DNA of 64,000 nucleotides from a candidate division WOR-3 bacterium (GCA_965648905.1 CBFGIT010000002.1:1-64000), one strand, 5' to 3'. Numbered from the stretch's first letter, positions 46,467-56,963 are shown. Translations and numbers: made by a program. Notes: generated by a model not told the origin, from the letters alone.

Positions 46467-47767
46467 TTGCGCACGATGCGCAACACGTCGTTGAAGACGG
46501 TGAGCAGGACTAGGGCACCAATCAGAATCCAGCCGATGTTGGCCGCCCAGGACAGCTCTCGGTCGGTGAGCCGGCGGCGACGGATGGCAGCGATGCAATC
46601 AAGCAGAATCCGGCCACCGTCGAGAACCGGAACCGGGAGCATGTTAACGACGAAGAGGTTGATCGAGAGCAGCGCCCAGAGCGCAAGGAAGTACTCGGCA
46701 CCCCAGTTGGCACCTTCGTAGGCAATCTTGGCAACCATTATCGGCCCGCCGATGGCCTTGGACGACACCTGACGCGTGACGACCTTGTAGATGATGACGA
46801 AGGTCTGGACGACGACATATCCCGAGCGTTTGGCCGCCTCCCAGAACGCGACCGGGGCCGACAGGCTCTTCTTGGGCAGTCGCACCCAGACTCCGACCTG
46901 GCCGATGCGCTGTTCCGACATCTGGTCTCGTTCTGCGGCCGGGGTGATCGAGTCGGAGAAGAGCCGGCCGTCCCGTTCCCATGTGATTGGGATCCTGACG
47001 CCGCCTTTGGTTCCGACCTCGGCAACGAAGTCCTCCCAGCGCCGAACCGGCTTGTCATTGACCGAGATGATAACGTCGCCGGGCGCAAGCCCGAGTCGGT
47101 CGGCCGGGCTCCGACGGCGGACTTTGTCAACGATCGGCAGCAGTACCGGCTTCAGGTCTGCGGATTCCTTCGGCACCGTGTACCGGACCGTGTAGCGTTC
47201 CATTCCCCGACGCAGAGCGAGTTCGATTTCCCGGCCGGTGTTGCGCTCGGCGATAAGGTCGAAGTGCTCGAAACTCGGAATCGTCTCGCCCGCGGCCGCA
47301 ACCAGCAGGTCGCCGGCCTTGACGCCGGCGAGTGCCGGGGCCGAGTTCTCAAGCGGCTCGACAACAGGAGCGACGTACTTGACGCCGAACGCAAGGTACA
47401 TCACCACGAGCATGAGAAACCCGAGCACAAGGTTGCAGACCGGGCCGGCAGCGATGACCGCGACCTTGACCCCGAGCGGTTTGTCGGCGTAACCGGACAT
47501 GCCTTCAGGCATCGGCACCGGTTGTGCGGCCTCGGGTCCAGCCCTCTCTTCCTCGCCGACCATCTTGATGAACCCTCCCAGGGGAATGGCCGAAAGCCGA
47601 TATTCGGTCTCACCCAGTTTCTTCCTGAGTAGAACCGGGCCAAACCCCACCGAGAAGACCTCGACCGGTATCCGGCCGAGCTTGGCCGCAATCAGGTGAC
47701 CGAATTCGTGGAAGGTAATCAACACACCGATGAACAGGACGACCCAGAGAATTGAAGAGAATATCAT
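46463..47767 (-). CDS. rseP: RIP metalloprotease RseP
   Basis: HEFGH, FSVGFGP, PLGGFIKM, two PDZ domains, NMLPVPVLDGG. Confidence 0.96.
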   Translation of the reverse strand: MIFSSILWVVLFIGVLITFHEFGHLIAAKLGRIPVEVFSVGFGPVLLRKKLGETEYRLSAIPLGGFIKMVGEEERAGPEAAQPVPMPEGMSGYADKPLGVKVAVIAAGPVCNLVLGFLMLVVMYLAFGVKYVAPVVEPLENSAPALAGVKAGDLLVAAAGETIPSFEHFDLIAERNTGREIELALRRGMERYTVRYTVPKESADLKPVLLPIVDKVRRRSPADRLGLAPGDVIISVNDKPVRRWEDFVAEVGTKGGVRIPITWERDGRLFSDSITPAAERDQMSEQRIGQVGVWVRLPKKSLSAPVAFWEAAKRSGYVVVQTFVIIYKVVTRQVSSKAIGGPIMVAKIAYEGANWGAEYFLALWALLSINLFVVNMLPVPVLDGGRILLDCIAAIRRRRLTDRELSWAANIGWILIGALVLLTVFNDVLRIVRK

Positions 47768-48930
47768 CTGGCCAGGTTCCTTTGCTGGTTTGCCAGACTG
47801 CGCGCATGGCGGGCAGCCCAGGCTTCAACTTTGAGCAGGTGTTTGATGCCCGGCCGGAGTGGTCGGAACCGACTCGAACAGGCACTCAAAGTCTGCTCGA
47901 TGATATCGGGGATTGCACCGAAGACAATACGGCCTTCGAGAAACGCGTCGACCGCCACCTGGTTGGCCGAACTGAGACAGCAGGGAGCCACACCGCCGCT
48001 GGACAGTGCCTGGTAGGCGAGGTCGAAACACCGGAACTTCTTCCGGTCGACCGGCAGGAAGTCGAGCCGGCCGGTGCGGGTCAGGTTCAGGGGCTGCGCG
48101 AGCGAGGCAGAGCGAGATGGGTATGTGAGGCAGTACTGCAGCGGCAGTCGCATGTCCGGCTCAGAAAGCTGAGCCAAGACCGAGCCGTCATCAAACTCGA
48201 CCAGGGAGTGGACGATCGACTGGGGATGGATGACTGCTTCGACCTGGGAAGGCTCGAGCCCGAACAGGCGGACGGTCTCGATAACCTCGAGGCCTTTGTT
48301 CATCAAAGTGGCAGAGTCCACCGTTATCTTGCGACCCATCTTCCATGTCGGGTGGTTCAGGACCTGTCCAAGGCGGGCGTTGCGTGGTATCGGCCGGTTG
48401 CGGAATGGCCCGCCGGACGCCGTCAGAATGACCTTGCGTAAGGCCTTATCGTCTTGACCGACCAGGCATTGGTGCACGGCGCAGAGTTCAGAGTCAATCG
48501 GCAGAACCTCGGCGCAGTGACGGTGGGCAAGCCGCATCACCGGTTCGCCAAACGCAACCAGTATCTCTTTGGTGGCAAGGCACGTCCGCTGACCGAGTTC
48601 CAGACTGCGCAGCACCGGCAGCAGTCCCTGGGTTCCGGACATCGCCATCACAACGATGTCGGCCCGGGCTGCATCGAGCAGGGCGGCCGGTCCCCACCCG
48701 GTCTTCACTCCGGGGCCGAGTGCCTGCTTCACTTCGTGATATGCGTGCCAGTCGGTGAGTACGACGTGCTCGGGTTTGAACTCAAGGGCCTGACGTACAA
48801 TCCGGTTTGCCGATGTGGCTGCAGCCAGAGCCGAAACGCAGTAATTCGGACCGAGGTGCCGCAGAACCTCAAGGCAGGCCGTGCCAACAGAACCGGTCGA
48901 GCCGAAAACCGCGACTCTTCTCTGTCTCAC
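47764..48930 (-). CDS. dxr: 1-deoxy-D-xylulose-5-phosphate reductoisomerase
   Basis: GSTGSVG, PIDSE, LTASGGPF, HPTWKMGRKITVDSATLMNKGLE, HPQSIVHS; GTG 48930 coupled to the ispD stop. Confidence 0.96.
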   Translation of the reverse strand: MRQRRVAVFGSTGSVGTACLEVLRHLGPNYCVSALAAATSANRIVRQALEFKPEHVVLTDWHAYHEVKQALGPGVKTGWGPAALLDAARADIVVMAMSGTQGLLPVLRSLELGQRTCLATKEILVAFGEPVMRLAHRHCAEVLPIDSELCAVHQCLVGQDDKALRKVILTASGGPFRNRPIPRNARLGQVLNHPTWKMGRKITVDSATLMNKGLEVIETVRLFGLEPSQVEAVIHPQSIVHSLVEFDDGSVLAQLSEPDMRLPLQYCLTYPSRSASLAQPLNLTRTGRLDFLPVDRKKFRCFDLAYQALSSGGVAPCCLSSANQVAVDAFLEGRIVFGAIPDIIEQTLSACSSRFRPLRPGIKHLLKVEAWAARHARSLANQQRNLAR

Positions 48931-49595
48931 GGATTGTGAGCCTTCAGCAGCGCCGCGCACAACCAGAGGTCAGCGCGGGTGGTTATCTTCGGATTCGGGT
49001 CGGGACTCGGAATCCAATACACGGCCCGGCCCAGACGTTCGACCAGCACGCAGTCGTCGGTTGCCGAGCCGTGTGCCCGAGCATGGGCTTCGCGGAGCAG
49101 GGCAAGGTCAAAGAACTGCGGGGTCTGGGTGTGAATCACTCGGCCGCGTTCCATCGTCTGCGTGATTCGGGAACCCCGGACCAGCTTCAAGGTGTCGGTT
49201 GCCACCGACCCGAATGTGACTGCACGGTAACGCACGCAGGCAGAGAATCCGGACTCAAGCAGTGCGGGCGTGATAAGCGGGCGAGCCGCATCATGCACCG
49301 CAACCAGCCCGGATTCGGGCAGGGCCGCCAGCCCAAGCCGGACAGAGTCGGTCCGCTGGCTGCCTCCGCGAATAACGGCCGTGACCTTGTCGAACCGGTA
49401 CCTTCGGCACAGCCTACGAACCGCATCGAGCCGGTTGTGCCGTGCAACGACAACGACCCGCCCCACCCGAGCGCAATGCTCGAACGCGGCCAGGCTGTAG
49501 TACAGCACCGGCCGGTTGAGCAGAAGTGCCAATGGCTTGTAACCGCGGAACCGGCTGCCAGAGCCCGCGGCGACGACAAGTCCGTACCAGAGCAT
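48927..49595 (-). CDS. ispD: 2-C-methyl-D-erythritol 4-phosphate cytidylyltransferase
   Basis: AAGSGSRF, GGSQRTDSV, VHDAARP, QTPQ, TDD, NPKITT..DL. Confidence 0.95.
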   Translation of the reverse strand: MLWYGLVVAAGSGSRFRGYKPLALLLNRPVLYYSLAAFEHCARVGRVVVVARHNRLDAVRRLCRRYRFDKVTAVIRGGSQRTDSVRLGLAALPESGLVAVHDAARPLITPALLESGFSACVRYRAVTFGSVATDTLKLVRGSRITQTMERGRVIHTQTPQFFDLALLREAHARAHGSATDDCVLVERLGRAVYWIPSPDPNPKITTRADLWLCAALLKAHNP

Positions 49596-49634
49596 GTTGT
49601 TGCGGGCGGTTCGGTCTTTGATGATTGCTGTCAG

Positions 49635-50627
49635 CTAGAAACCGAAATAGTCTATGCTCATGGCTTGGCGGACGAGCGCCATCGTCGCCTCAGCTTCTTC
49701 TCGGGCGCGAAGAGTGCCTGCCTTAAGAATGTCCCAGACCGTGGACGGGTCCTTCTCATATCCAGCCCGGCGCTGCCTTATCGGCTCAAGAAGATTGTTA
49801 AGGACGTCAACAAGCAGCTTCTTGCATGGCACACAGCCGATTGTGCCGGCTTTGCAACGTTCCTCGATGTTCGAGACCGCTTCAGAGTTGAACGTCTGGT
49901 GATAGGCAAAGACTACGCAGGAGTCAGGATGGCCTTTGTCGGTCGGGTGAATCCGGGCCTTGTCGGTCAGTGCGGAGTTCACCTTCTGCCGCACCGTCTC
50001 GGGCGAGTCGGAAAGGAAGATGGCGTTGCCCAGGCTCTTGGACATTTTGGTGTTGCCGTCCAAGCCGACCAGCTTGGGCGCGAGCATTCCTTCTGGTTCG
50101 ACTAGTACGTCGCCGTACAGGGCATTGAACTTGCGGACGATCTTGCGTGTCTGCTCGATGTGGGGTGCCTGGTCTTCGCCGACCGGCACAAGGTGAGCGC
50201 GGCAGAAGGTGATGTCGGCTGCCTGGCTGACCGGGTAGCCGAGGAAGCCGTAGGGCATCGATTCCTCAAAGTGGTATTGAGCTGCCTCGGTCTTGATCGT
50301 CGGATTGTGCGACAACTGCTGCACCGTTACGAGGTTGGAGTAGATGACCGTCAGCTCGGCAATCTGAGGCACGAACGACTGAACGAACAGCGTGGATTTG
50401 TCTGGGTCAACCCCGGATGCGAGATTGTCCATCGCGACGTTGAGCACGTTCTGACGCAGCAGTTCCGGATGGTCGTGGTGAGTGGTCAGGGTCTGGATAT
50501 CGGCGATGATGACGAATGTCTCGTACTCATCCTGGAGCCTTGCCCGGTTGGCAACCGAGCCGACAAGATGGCCGAGGTGCAGCGGTCCGGTCGGCCGATC
50601 GCCGGTGAGAATCCGTTTCTTCGACAT
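49635..50627 (-). CDS. trpS: Tryptophan--tRNA ligase
   Basis: TGDRPTGPLHLGH, YPVSQAADI, VPVGEDQ, KMSKS; start at ATG 50627. Confidence 0.97.
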   Translation of the reverse strand: MSKKRILTGDRPTGPLHLGHLVGSVANRARLQDEYETFVIIADIQTLTTHHDHPELLRQNVLNVAMDNLASGVDPDKSTLFVQSFVPQIAELTVIYSNLVTVQQLSHNPTIKTEAAQYHFEESMPYGFLGYPVSQAADITFCRAHLVPVGEDQAPHIEQTRKIVRKFNALYGDVLVEPEGMLAPKLVGLDGNTKMSKSLGNAIFLSDSPETVRQKVNSALTDKARIHPTDKGHPDSCVVFAYHQTFNSEAVSNIEERCKAGTIGCVPCKKLLVDVLNNLLEPIRQRRAGYEKDPSTVWDILKAGTLRAREEAEATMALVRQAMSIDYFGF

Positions 50628-50714
50628 CAGGCCGATTATAGCGGAAGCGGCTCGGTGCGCAATGTCTGCCGCGCTTTGACAGACGCCGGGTTCGGGTAGA
50701 ATGTAAGTCGACAG

Positions 50715-51113
50715 ATGGAACGAATTGGTCGACACCCGTCCGACCGGAGCGGACCCAGAGCTGCCCTGCTCATGCTGGTGATTGCCGGGCTCGGCTGCAC
50801 TGACCGGTCGCCGTTGACCCCGGCAGCGCCGAGTGCGCCGGCTTCGGTCATGGCCAACGCGCCATGCACGCTTACCTGCGTGACAACCGACCCGGCGGGC
50901 AGGGATGTCTCTTACCGTTTCGACTGGGACCAGGCCGACACGTCAGACTGGACCGGGTTTCTGGCCAGCGGTGTGCTGTGCACCGTAATCCACACCTGGA
51001 ACCGAAACGGTGCCTACGCGGTTCGCTGCCAGGCAAAGAACAGCGCCGGACGCGTGTCGGGCTGGTCCGAGCCGGACACGGTCAGGGTTGACAGCATCTG
51101 CCGAGGTCGGTAG
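50715..51113 (+). CDS. PKD-like domain lipoprotein
   Basis: Lipobox LGC; TDPAG.DVSYRFDW...HTW...G.Y.V..QAK...G..S.WS. Confidence 0.75.
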   Translation: MERIGRHPSDRSGPRAALLMLVIAGLGCTDRSPLTPAAPSAPASVMANAPCTLTCVTTDPAGRDVSYRFDWDQADTSDWTGFLASGVLCTVIHTWNRNGAYAVRCQAKNSAGRVSGWSEPDTVRVDSICRGR

Positions 51114-51201
51114 TGCCCGGTTCGGGCTCGTTCTCCAAGACGCCGTCGTGGCCGGTGCGGTGTGATGCGCTATGTCCCGAAGCTGACAGGAGGAAGTCAC
51201 C

Positions 51202-54000
51202 GTGCTGAGAGTGTTCCTGAGCGTTATCCTGTTGACCATTGCGGCCTGGGCCGGGCCAGCGTCGCTGCTGGCGGTTGATGCCCGGGACGGTGCGCTGGAA
51301 GAGCTGGCCCGGGCCAAAGTGACCTACTATGGCAGGGTGGGTCGGTTCGTGCTGCTGCCTGCGGGCAGTCAGGCTGCGGCCGGACTCGATGCCTTACCGC
51401 TGCGGCTCTCCCCAGGACTGTCCCTTTACGTTGTCACAGTGACAAATCCTGCATTCCGGTCGCGTGTGCGCCAGGCGCTGACCGTGCTGCTCGAGGATGC
51501 GGGCGCGATGCTGGCTCAACTCGACGAGACCGAGGCAGAGCGGGTCTCTTTGCTCGGTGGTGAGCTGTTCCGGCTGCCAAACCAGCCGCACCGGTTGTAT
51601 CTGCCCGAGCCGCGGCTGCTGCCCGGGGTCGCGTTCGCCGACACGTTCATCCAGCGCCTGTGCGCTCAGGTGAGCGAGGATTCAATCCGCGCTCAGATGC
51701 GACGACTGGAGGACTTCAGAACCCGTTATTCTCCCTCAGATAGTTGTCGCTCGGCCGAGCAGTATGCGTTCGACTACTTCACCCGGGTGGGGCTTGATTC
51801 GGTTGGGCTGTTCTCCTACGAGGTCGAGGGAGATACCTGGCGCAATGCGCTCGGCATACGCTGGGGTCAGGTGAACCGGGACCAGTACGTGATCGTCTGC
51901 GGTCACATGGACTGCACATCGCAGGACCCATGGGTGTTCGCGCCTGGAGCAGAGGACAACGCTTCGGGCACGGCACTCACGTTCGAGGCGGCCCGGGTGC
52001 TGGCCCGGGAGAACTTCGACGTGACGCTTATCTTCATTGCCTTCACCGGCGAGGAGCAGGGGCTCTACGGGAGCTTCTATCTTGCGCAGTGGATGCGTTC
52101 AGTCGGCGCCGATATCATCGGTGTCCTGAACTTCGACATGATCGCCTGGCCTGGGGGCAGGTTTGGCGTCGCGATTCACTGCGATACCGCCTCGCGCGCA
52201 CTGGGTGAGTACCAGGCACGGATGGCTGCGCTCTACACGACGTTGCAGACCCGTGTCGACAACGAGATGTACGGGAGCGACCAACTGGCGTTTCAGTATT
52301 TCGGCTATCGGGCAACCGCAGGCGCAGAATACGGCAACTTCTACCCGTACTACCACACCACCGGTGACACGCTGGGTAATGTCTCGATGCCGCTGGCCGC
52401 GGAGGTGACGAGGATGGCGCTGGCTGCTGCTGCGTCGCTTGCTTCCTCGCCGGCGCCGCCGCGCGACTTCCGACTGCAGGACCTCGGCATAGGCGGAACG
52501 CTCCGCGCGTCGTGGCAACACGGCCCTTCACCAGACGTGGCCGGGTACAAGGTAGTCTGGGGTACAGAGCCGCGCGTCTACACCGACTCGGCCCTGGTCG
52601 GGTTCGTAACTTCGTACGACATCAGCGGGCTTCAGAACGGCACGCGCTACTATGCCACAGTCATGGCCGTGGATTCGGGCGGCCGCGAAGGATTCCCGGC
52701 TTCAGAGCAGAGCTGCATGCCCGGAACAGTGCCGCTGGCGCCGGCCGGCGTCGTGGCCTTGCCGACAAGATTCGGCATGGCACTTTGCTGGCAGGCCAAC
52801 CGCGAGCTCGACCTTGCCGGGTACAATCTGTATCGTCGGACAGCGGGAACCGGGCGGGTTCGGCTCAATACGGCACTGCTGGCTGATACCGCATACCGGG
52901 ATTCCGGCCTGCTCTCGGATACGATGTACTACTACGTCCTTACGGCCCAGGATTCTACTGGCCATGAGAGTGATGCCTCGGTAGAAGTCCGGGGCAAGCC
53001 GGTCACGCTCGACCACGGGTTGCTGCTCGTGGACGAAACCCGCGACGGAACCGGCCAGCCTGGCAGCCCGAGTGATGCCCAGCAGGATTTTTTCTACCAT
53101 ATGGTATTGAGCGGGACGCGCCTGACCGACTGGGACTGTGCGACTGACAGCCTGCCGCTGGCCGGAGACATCGGGCCTTACTCGACGATTGTCTGGCACG
53201 CGGATGACTATACCCAGCAGCAGATAAGGCCGTCTTTGCCCGGCCTTACCAACTACCTGGCCCACGGCGGTCGGCTCTGGTATGTTGGTTGGAAGCCGAT
53301 GCTCGGCCTGTACGGCAGTGGCAGCCGGTATCCGTTTTCGTTCGCGGCCGGCGACTTCGCCTTTGACCAACTGCACCTGTCTGGTGCAGCACAGAGCGCA
53401 AGTCCAGATTTCGTCGGCGCGACCGGCCAAGCCGGTTATGGGAGCATCAGCACCGACTCGGCCAAGATGGTACCGGCAATGCACGGTCGGCTGGCGTTTG
53501 TTGACGTGCTCTATCCACGTGACGCCGAGACCGTGCTGACTTTCAACTCGTTCTCCGGGGACACGTTTCAGGGCAAGCCGGTCGGAGTTCGCTGGCTGGC
53601 CGGGCCGGGCAGGGTTGTTTCGTTCGGGTTTCCCCTGTACTACATGAAGGATGACGAGGCGCGACTGGTTGCGCTCAAGGTGCTCGATGACTTGGGCGAG
53701 CCGTACGCAATCGAGGAGGGACGGTCGGACGCCGACGGTCTGGGCTTCACGCTCAATGCCGGTCCGAACCCGGCACGGCGCTCCATGTTTGTCAGCTACA
53801 CCCTGCCGCAGCCAGTGCCGGTGCGCATCACCCTGTACAACGCGGCCGGCGCAAGGGTGCGCGAGGTGACGAACGGGCTTCAGCCGGCCGGCCGGCACGA
53901 AATCCGGCTCCGGTCGCGCGGACTGGCCGCAGGTGCCTATTTCTGTCGGATGGAGACGCCGGGGTTCACGGCCACGCGCAAGCTGGAACTGGTTCGATGA
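51202..54000 (+). CDS. M28 aminopeptidase with FN3 domains and T9SS-like CTD
   Basis: CGHMD, PGAEDNASG, FTGEEQGLYGS, NFDMI, SD, YHTTGD; CTD GPNPAR...LYNAAG...GAYFCR...TRKLELVR. Confidence 0.9.
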   Translation: MLRVFLSVILLTIAAWAGPASLLAVDARDGALEELARAKVTYYGRVGRFVLLPAGSQAAAGLDALPLRLSPGLSLYVVTVTNPAFRSRVRQALTVLLEDAGAMLAQLDETEAERVSLLGGELFRLPNQPHRLYLPEPRLLPGVAFADTFIQRLCAQVSEDSIRAQMRRLEDFRTRYSPSDSCRSAEQYAFDYFTRVGLDSVGLFSYEVEGDTWRNALGIRWGQVNRDQYVIVCGHMDCTSQDPWVFAPGAEDNASGTALTFEAARVLARENFDVTLIFIAFTGEEQGLYGSFYLAQWMRSVGADIIGVLNFDMIAWPGGRFGVAIHCDTASRALGEYQARMAALYTTLQTRVDNEMYGSDQLAFQYFGYRATAGAEYGNFYPYYHTTGDTLGNVSMPLAAEVTRMALAAAASLASSPAPPRDFRLQDLGIGGTLRASWQHGPSPDVAGYKVVWGTEPRVYTDSALVGFVTSYDISGLQNGTRYYATVMAVDSGGREGFPASEQSCMPGTVPLAPAGVVALPTRFGMALCWQANRELDLAGYNLYRRTAGTGRVRLNTALLADTAYRDSGLLSDTMYYYVLTAQDSTGHESDASVEVRGKPVTLDHGLLLVDETRDGTGQPGSPSDAQQDFFYHMVLSGTRLTDWDCATDSLPLAGDIGPYSTIVWHADDYTQQQIRPSLPGLTNYLAHGGRLWYVGWKPMLGLYGSGSRYPFSFAAGDFAFDQLHLSGAAQSASPDFVGATGQAGYGSISTDSAKMVPAMHGRLAFVDVLYPRDAETVLTFNSFSGDTFQGKPVGVRWLAGPGRVVSFGFPLYYMKDDEARLVALKVLDDLGEPYAIEEGRSDADGLGFTLNAGPNPARRSMFVSYTLPQPVPVRITLYNAAGARVREVTNGLQPAGRHEIRLRSRGLAAGAYFCRMETPGFTATRKLELVR

Positions 54001-56963
54001 GAACCTGCTGGCTCCTGCTGGGTCTGACGGCGATACTGGGACCGGCAGGTGCGGAGGTCATCGAAGACTTCGACGACGGAACAGTGGTGCTGTCCTCATT
54101 TCCGGGCGAGGATGTACACCCTGACTCGTGGCGACTCGATTCGGTGGTTACCTATGACAACTCGCCTTACGCACTCCGGCTGTTCGGCAACACCTGGAAG
54201 GTCGAGTCAATCGCGCCGGTGTGCCTTGACACCGGTGATGTCTGGCAGGTGGCGGTCTATGTTGAGCAGCGCGCCGAGATTCAGGGGTTCGGGCTGGCCG
54301 ATTCGGCCAACGTGTTGCTCTATGCCTTTGCTGGTACTGAGCTGCTTGACCCGAACCGATGGGTCACGGTGTATCAGGGCGCGTTCGCCGAGGACACCTG
54401 GATTCAGTACCGGCTGCCGGTGGCCCTGGACTGGCAGCAGCGGTTCGGCTATCAGCCGGTAGTCAGGGCGATGGTCTTCGTTAATGACCGCGATGCCGGT
54501 CATTCAGGCTCGGCCTACTTCGATTTGATTGAAGACGTCACCGCGGAGTTGCCCATTCCGCCGCAGGTCGAGGTCTGGTATGAGACCGGCAGTACCAAGA
54601 ACAATGGCGATGGTTCCTGGGACGTTACCGTGCAGTTTCACAGCCGGGTGACCGACCCGGACAGCCGAACCCACGACTACTATTGGTTTTTCGGCGACGG
54701 TTCGACCAGCCGCGATTCGGCTCCGGAGCACACCTATACGGTGCGCGACAACCACGAGTACACGGTGCTGGTTCAGGTTCGGGACAGCACGGACTGCTGG
54801 GGCTTTGCCAACTGCCGCGTCACGGTCGACCCCGGGCCCACCACCTTCCCGATAAGACTGAGCTTCATCGGCGACGTGATGCTGGCGCGCGGGTATGAGA
54901 ACCCGGGCGGGATTATCGACACGATCGGCGCTGAAGGAATCTTCGCGCCGACCCGGGCGCTGCTTGAAGCCGCGGATATTACGGTCGCCAACCTCGAAAG
55001 CCCATTGACCAACCGCGGTACCCGCCACCCGACCAAGCCGATTGTGTTCCGTGGGCGACCCACGAACGTGGCCGGTCTGGTCTTTGCCGGGATCGACGTT
55101 GTATCCCTGGCCAACAACCACACAATCGACTACGGACTGGAAGGGCTGCAGCAGACCCAGCAGGTGCTCGGGGTTGCCGGGATTCGCTACTCGGGCGCCG
55201 GGGCCGACGTCCATGAGGCAGGCCGGCCGCTCTTCTGCCAGAAGTCGGGCGTCAACATCGCGTTCCTTGCCTGCTGCGACCGGAACGGGCAGTACGACAA
55301 CTACCAGCCGTTTCTCGACGCCGGGTTGAACAAGCCCGGGTTTGCATACCTGGACAGCTTCCGCGTGCGGCGGGCGATTGGACAGGTGAGAGAGCTGGCC
55401 GACATCGTCATCGTTGAGATGCACACTGGTGAGGAGTATGAGGCGAGGCCTGAGGACCGGCCGGGCGATGACGAATTCCGAATGACGAGTGGCGAATCGG
55501 ACGATGGGGACGAGATGTACTCGCGGTTCGCCCTGTTTCCCGCGCCCAACGACACTGCGGAACGGCACCGGGCAATCGAGGCCGGGGCCGACCTTGTGGT
55601 CTGTCATCACCCGCATGTGCTGCAGGGGTTTGAGGTATACCAGGGCAAACTGATTGCCCATTCACTCGGGAACTACGCTTTTGACCTGGGCTATCCAGAG
55701 ACGTACCCGTCGGCTATCCTATCCGCGCTGGTTGACGAGCGGGGGTTCTATGATTACACAGTCGCACCGGTCTACATCGACGACTGGATTCCCCGGCCGG
55801 CGACCGGCGAGCTGGGCCGGCACATCCTCGATTACTTGGCGCAGCGGTCCAGAGAACTCGGCACATTGCTGGTTGTTTCTCCCGACAGCCTGGCCGGTCG
55901 CATCGTGCTTGATACCGGTGGGCTTACCCGTCTCGCCCGGTCGTGTACTGCCCGGGTGCAGGTGCGACCGGAGAGCGGAGCGTGGGTATCAGCACCGGTG
56001 CGGCTGCCGCGCCAGGGTTCGCTCTCGCGCGTTGTCCAGGCTGGACCGGGTGCTGACTGGCAGTTTCGCGTGGGGCGGGAACTGGTGTGGTTCGGCGGGT
56101 TTGAGGATGAAGGCGCAAGCATGTGGCTGCTGGATAACCCGGATGAGTTCTATGACACGGCTGCCTGCCGAGGCTCAAGGTCGCTCTGTCAGGTGCGGCG
56201 GCAGGGAGCAGGCAGGATTGTGACCAGCCTTGAGAAACGGCTGCCCGGCAAGGCCGGCGTGCCGCACACCGTCCTCGCCTCAGTCCGAGCTGAGAATGCC
56301 GAGAGCGCCGCGGTCGAGTTCAGAAGCTACTCCGGCCGCAGCGGCGGCACGATGCTCGCAGGCTACAGCACCAGCACGGTAAGAGGCACAAGTGAATGGA
56401 CTGGTGTGTACGCTAACTTCACGCCGGTCAGTCAGACCGCCTACTTTGATGTGGCCCTGCGCAGTTGTGGACCCCAGGCCGGCGACGGCCGGACCTGGTT
56501 CGACGACGTCTCAGTGGTTGAATGGGGAAGCTGGCAGGAGCTTTCCAGTCCGGTGCCGGTGACTGAGCCGAATGACGTTTACTGGCTCCAGGTCCGCACT
56601 GGTGTTTCGACACCAGAAGTCACGGTCGTATACGAGGAGACCAGGTACGACGCTCCGGTCGCAGTCCAGGATCAGGCGCCGGCCGCGCCGCGCCCATGCT
56701 GGCGGGTCTGGCCCAACCCGGCAAGCACCGACCCGAGAATAGAATACGAACTCGCAGTCCCGGCCCGGGTCATGGTCAAAATCTACGATGCGACCGGCCG
56801 CGAGGTCCGTCAGCTTGGGGAATCAGAGGCCCGACGCGGAACACAAAGCATTGTCTGGGACCGCAGAGACAACTCAGGCCGCAGGCTCGCCCCTGGGGCC
56901 TACTTCTGCCGGCTTGTGCTCGGTTCAACCCGGGCCACGCTCAAACTCGTCCTCGCCGAATAG
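53997..56963 (+). CDS. CapA-family metallophosphoesterase with PKD, CBM-like and FlgD/T9SS-like C-terminal domains
   Basis: GDVMLAR, ANLESP, SLANNHTIDYG, HTGEEY, HHPHVLQG, SLGNY.FD; PKD WFFGDG; CTD WPNP...IYDATGREVR...GAYFCRL. Confidence 0.88.
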   Translation: MRTCWLLLGLTAILGPAGAEVIEDFDDGTVVLSSFPGEDVHPDSWRLDSVVTYDNSPYALRLFGNTWKVESIAPVCLDTGDVWQVAVYVEQRAEIQGFGLADSANVLLYAFAGTELLDPNRWVTVYQGAFAEDTWIQYRLPVALDWQQRFGYQPVVRAMVFVNDRDAGHSGSAYFDLIEDVTAELPIPPQVEVWYETGSTKNNGDGSWDVTVQFHSRVTDPDSRTHDYYWFFGDGSTSRDSAPEHTYTVRDNHEYTVLVQVRDSTDCWGFANCRVTVDPGPTTFPIRLSFIGDVMLARGYENPGGIIDTIGAEGIFAPTRALLEAADITVANLESPLTNRGTRHPTKPIVFRGRPTNVAGLVFAGIDVVSLANNHTIDYGLEGLQQTQQVLGVAGIRYSGAGADVHEAGRPLFCQKSGVNIAFLACCDRNGQYDNYQPFLDAGLNKPGFAYLDSFRVRRAIGQVRELADIVIVEMHTGEEYEARPEDRPGDDEFRMTSGESDDGDEMYSRFALFPAPNDTAERHRAIEAGADLVVCHHPHVLQGFEVYQGKLIAHSLGNYAFDLGYPETYPSAILSALVDERGFYDYTVAPVYIDDWIPRPATGELGRHILDYLAQRSRELGTLLVVSPDSLAGRIVLDTGGLTRLARSCTARVQVRPESGAWVSAPVRLPRQGSLSRVVQAGPGADWQFRVGRELVWFGGFEDEGASMWLLDNPDEFYDTAACRGSRSLCQVRRQGAGRIVTSLEKRLPGKAGVPHTVLASVRAENAESAAVEFRSYSGRSGGTMLAGYSTSTVRGTSEWTGVYANFTPVSQTAYFDVALRSCGPQAGDGRTWFDDVSVVEWGSWQELSSPVPVTEPNDVYWLQVRTGVSTPEVTVVYEETRYDAPVAVQDQAPAAPRPCWRVWPNPASTDPRIEYELAVPARVMVKIYDATGREVRQLGESEARRGTQSIVWDRRDNSGRRLAPGAYFCRLVLGSTRATLKLVLAE

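Noticed and set aside
48807..50105. 432-aa plus-strand ORF
   Set aside because: Antisense to ispD and trpS
52702..55661. 398-aa and 385-aa minus-strand ORFs
   Set aside because: Antisense shadows of the M28 and CapA genes
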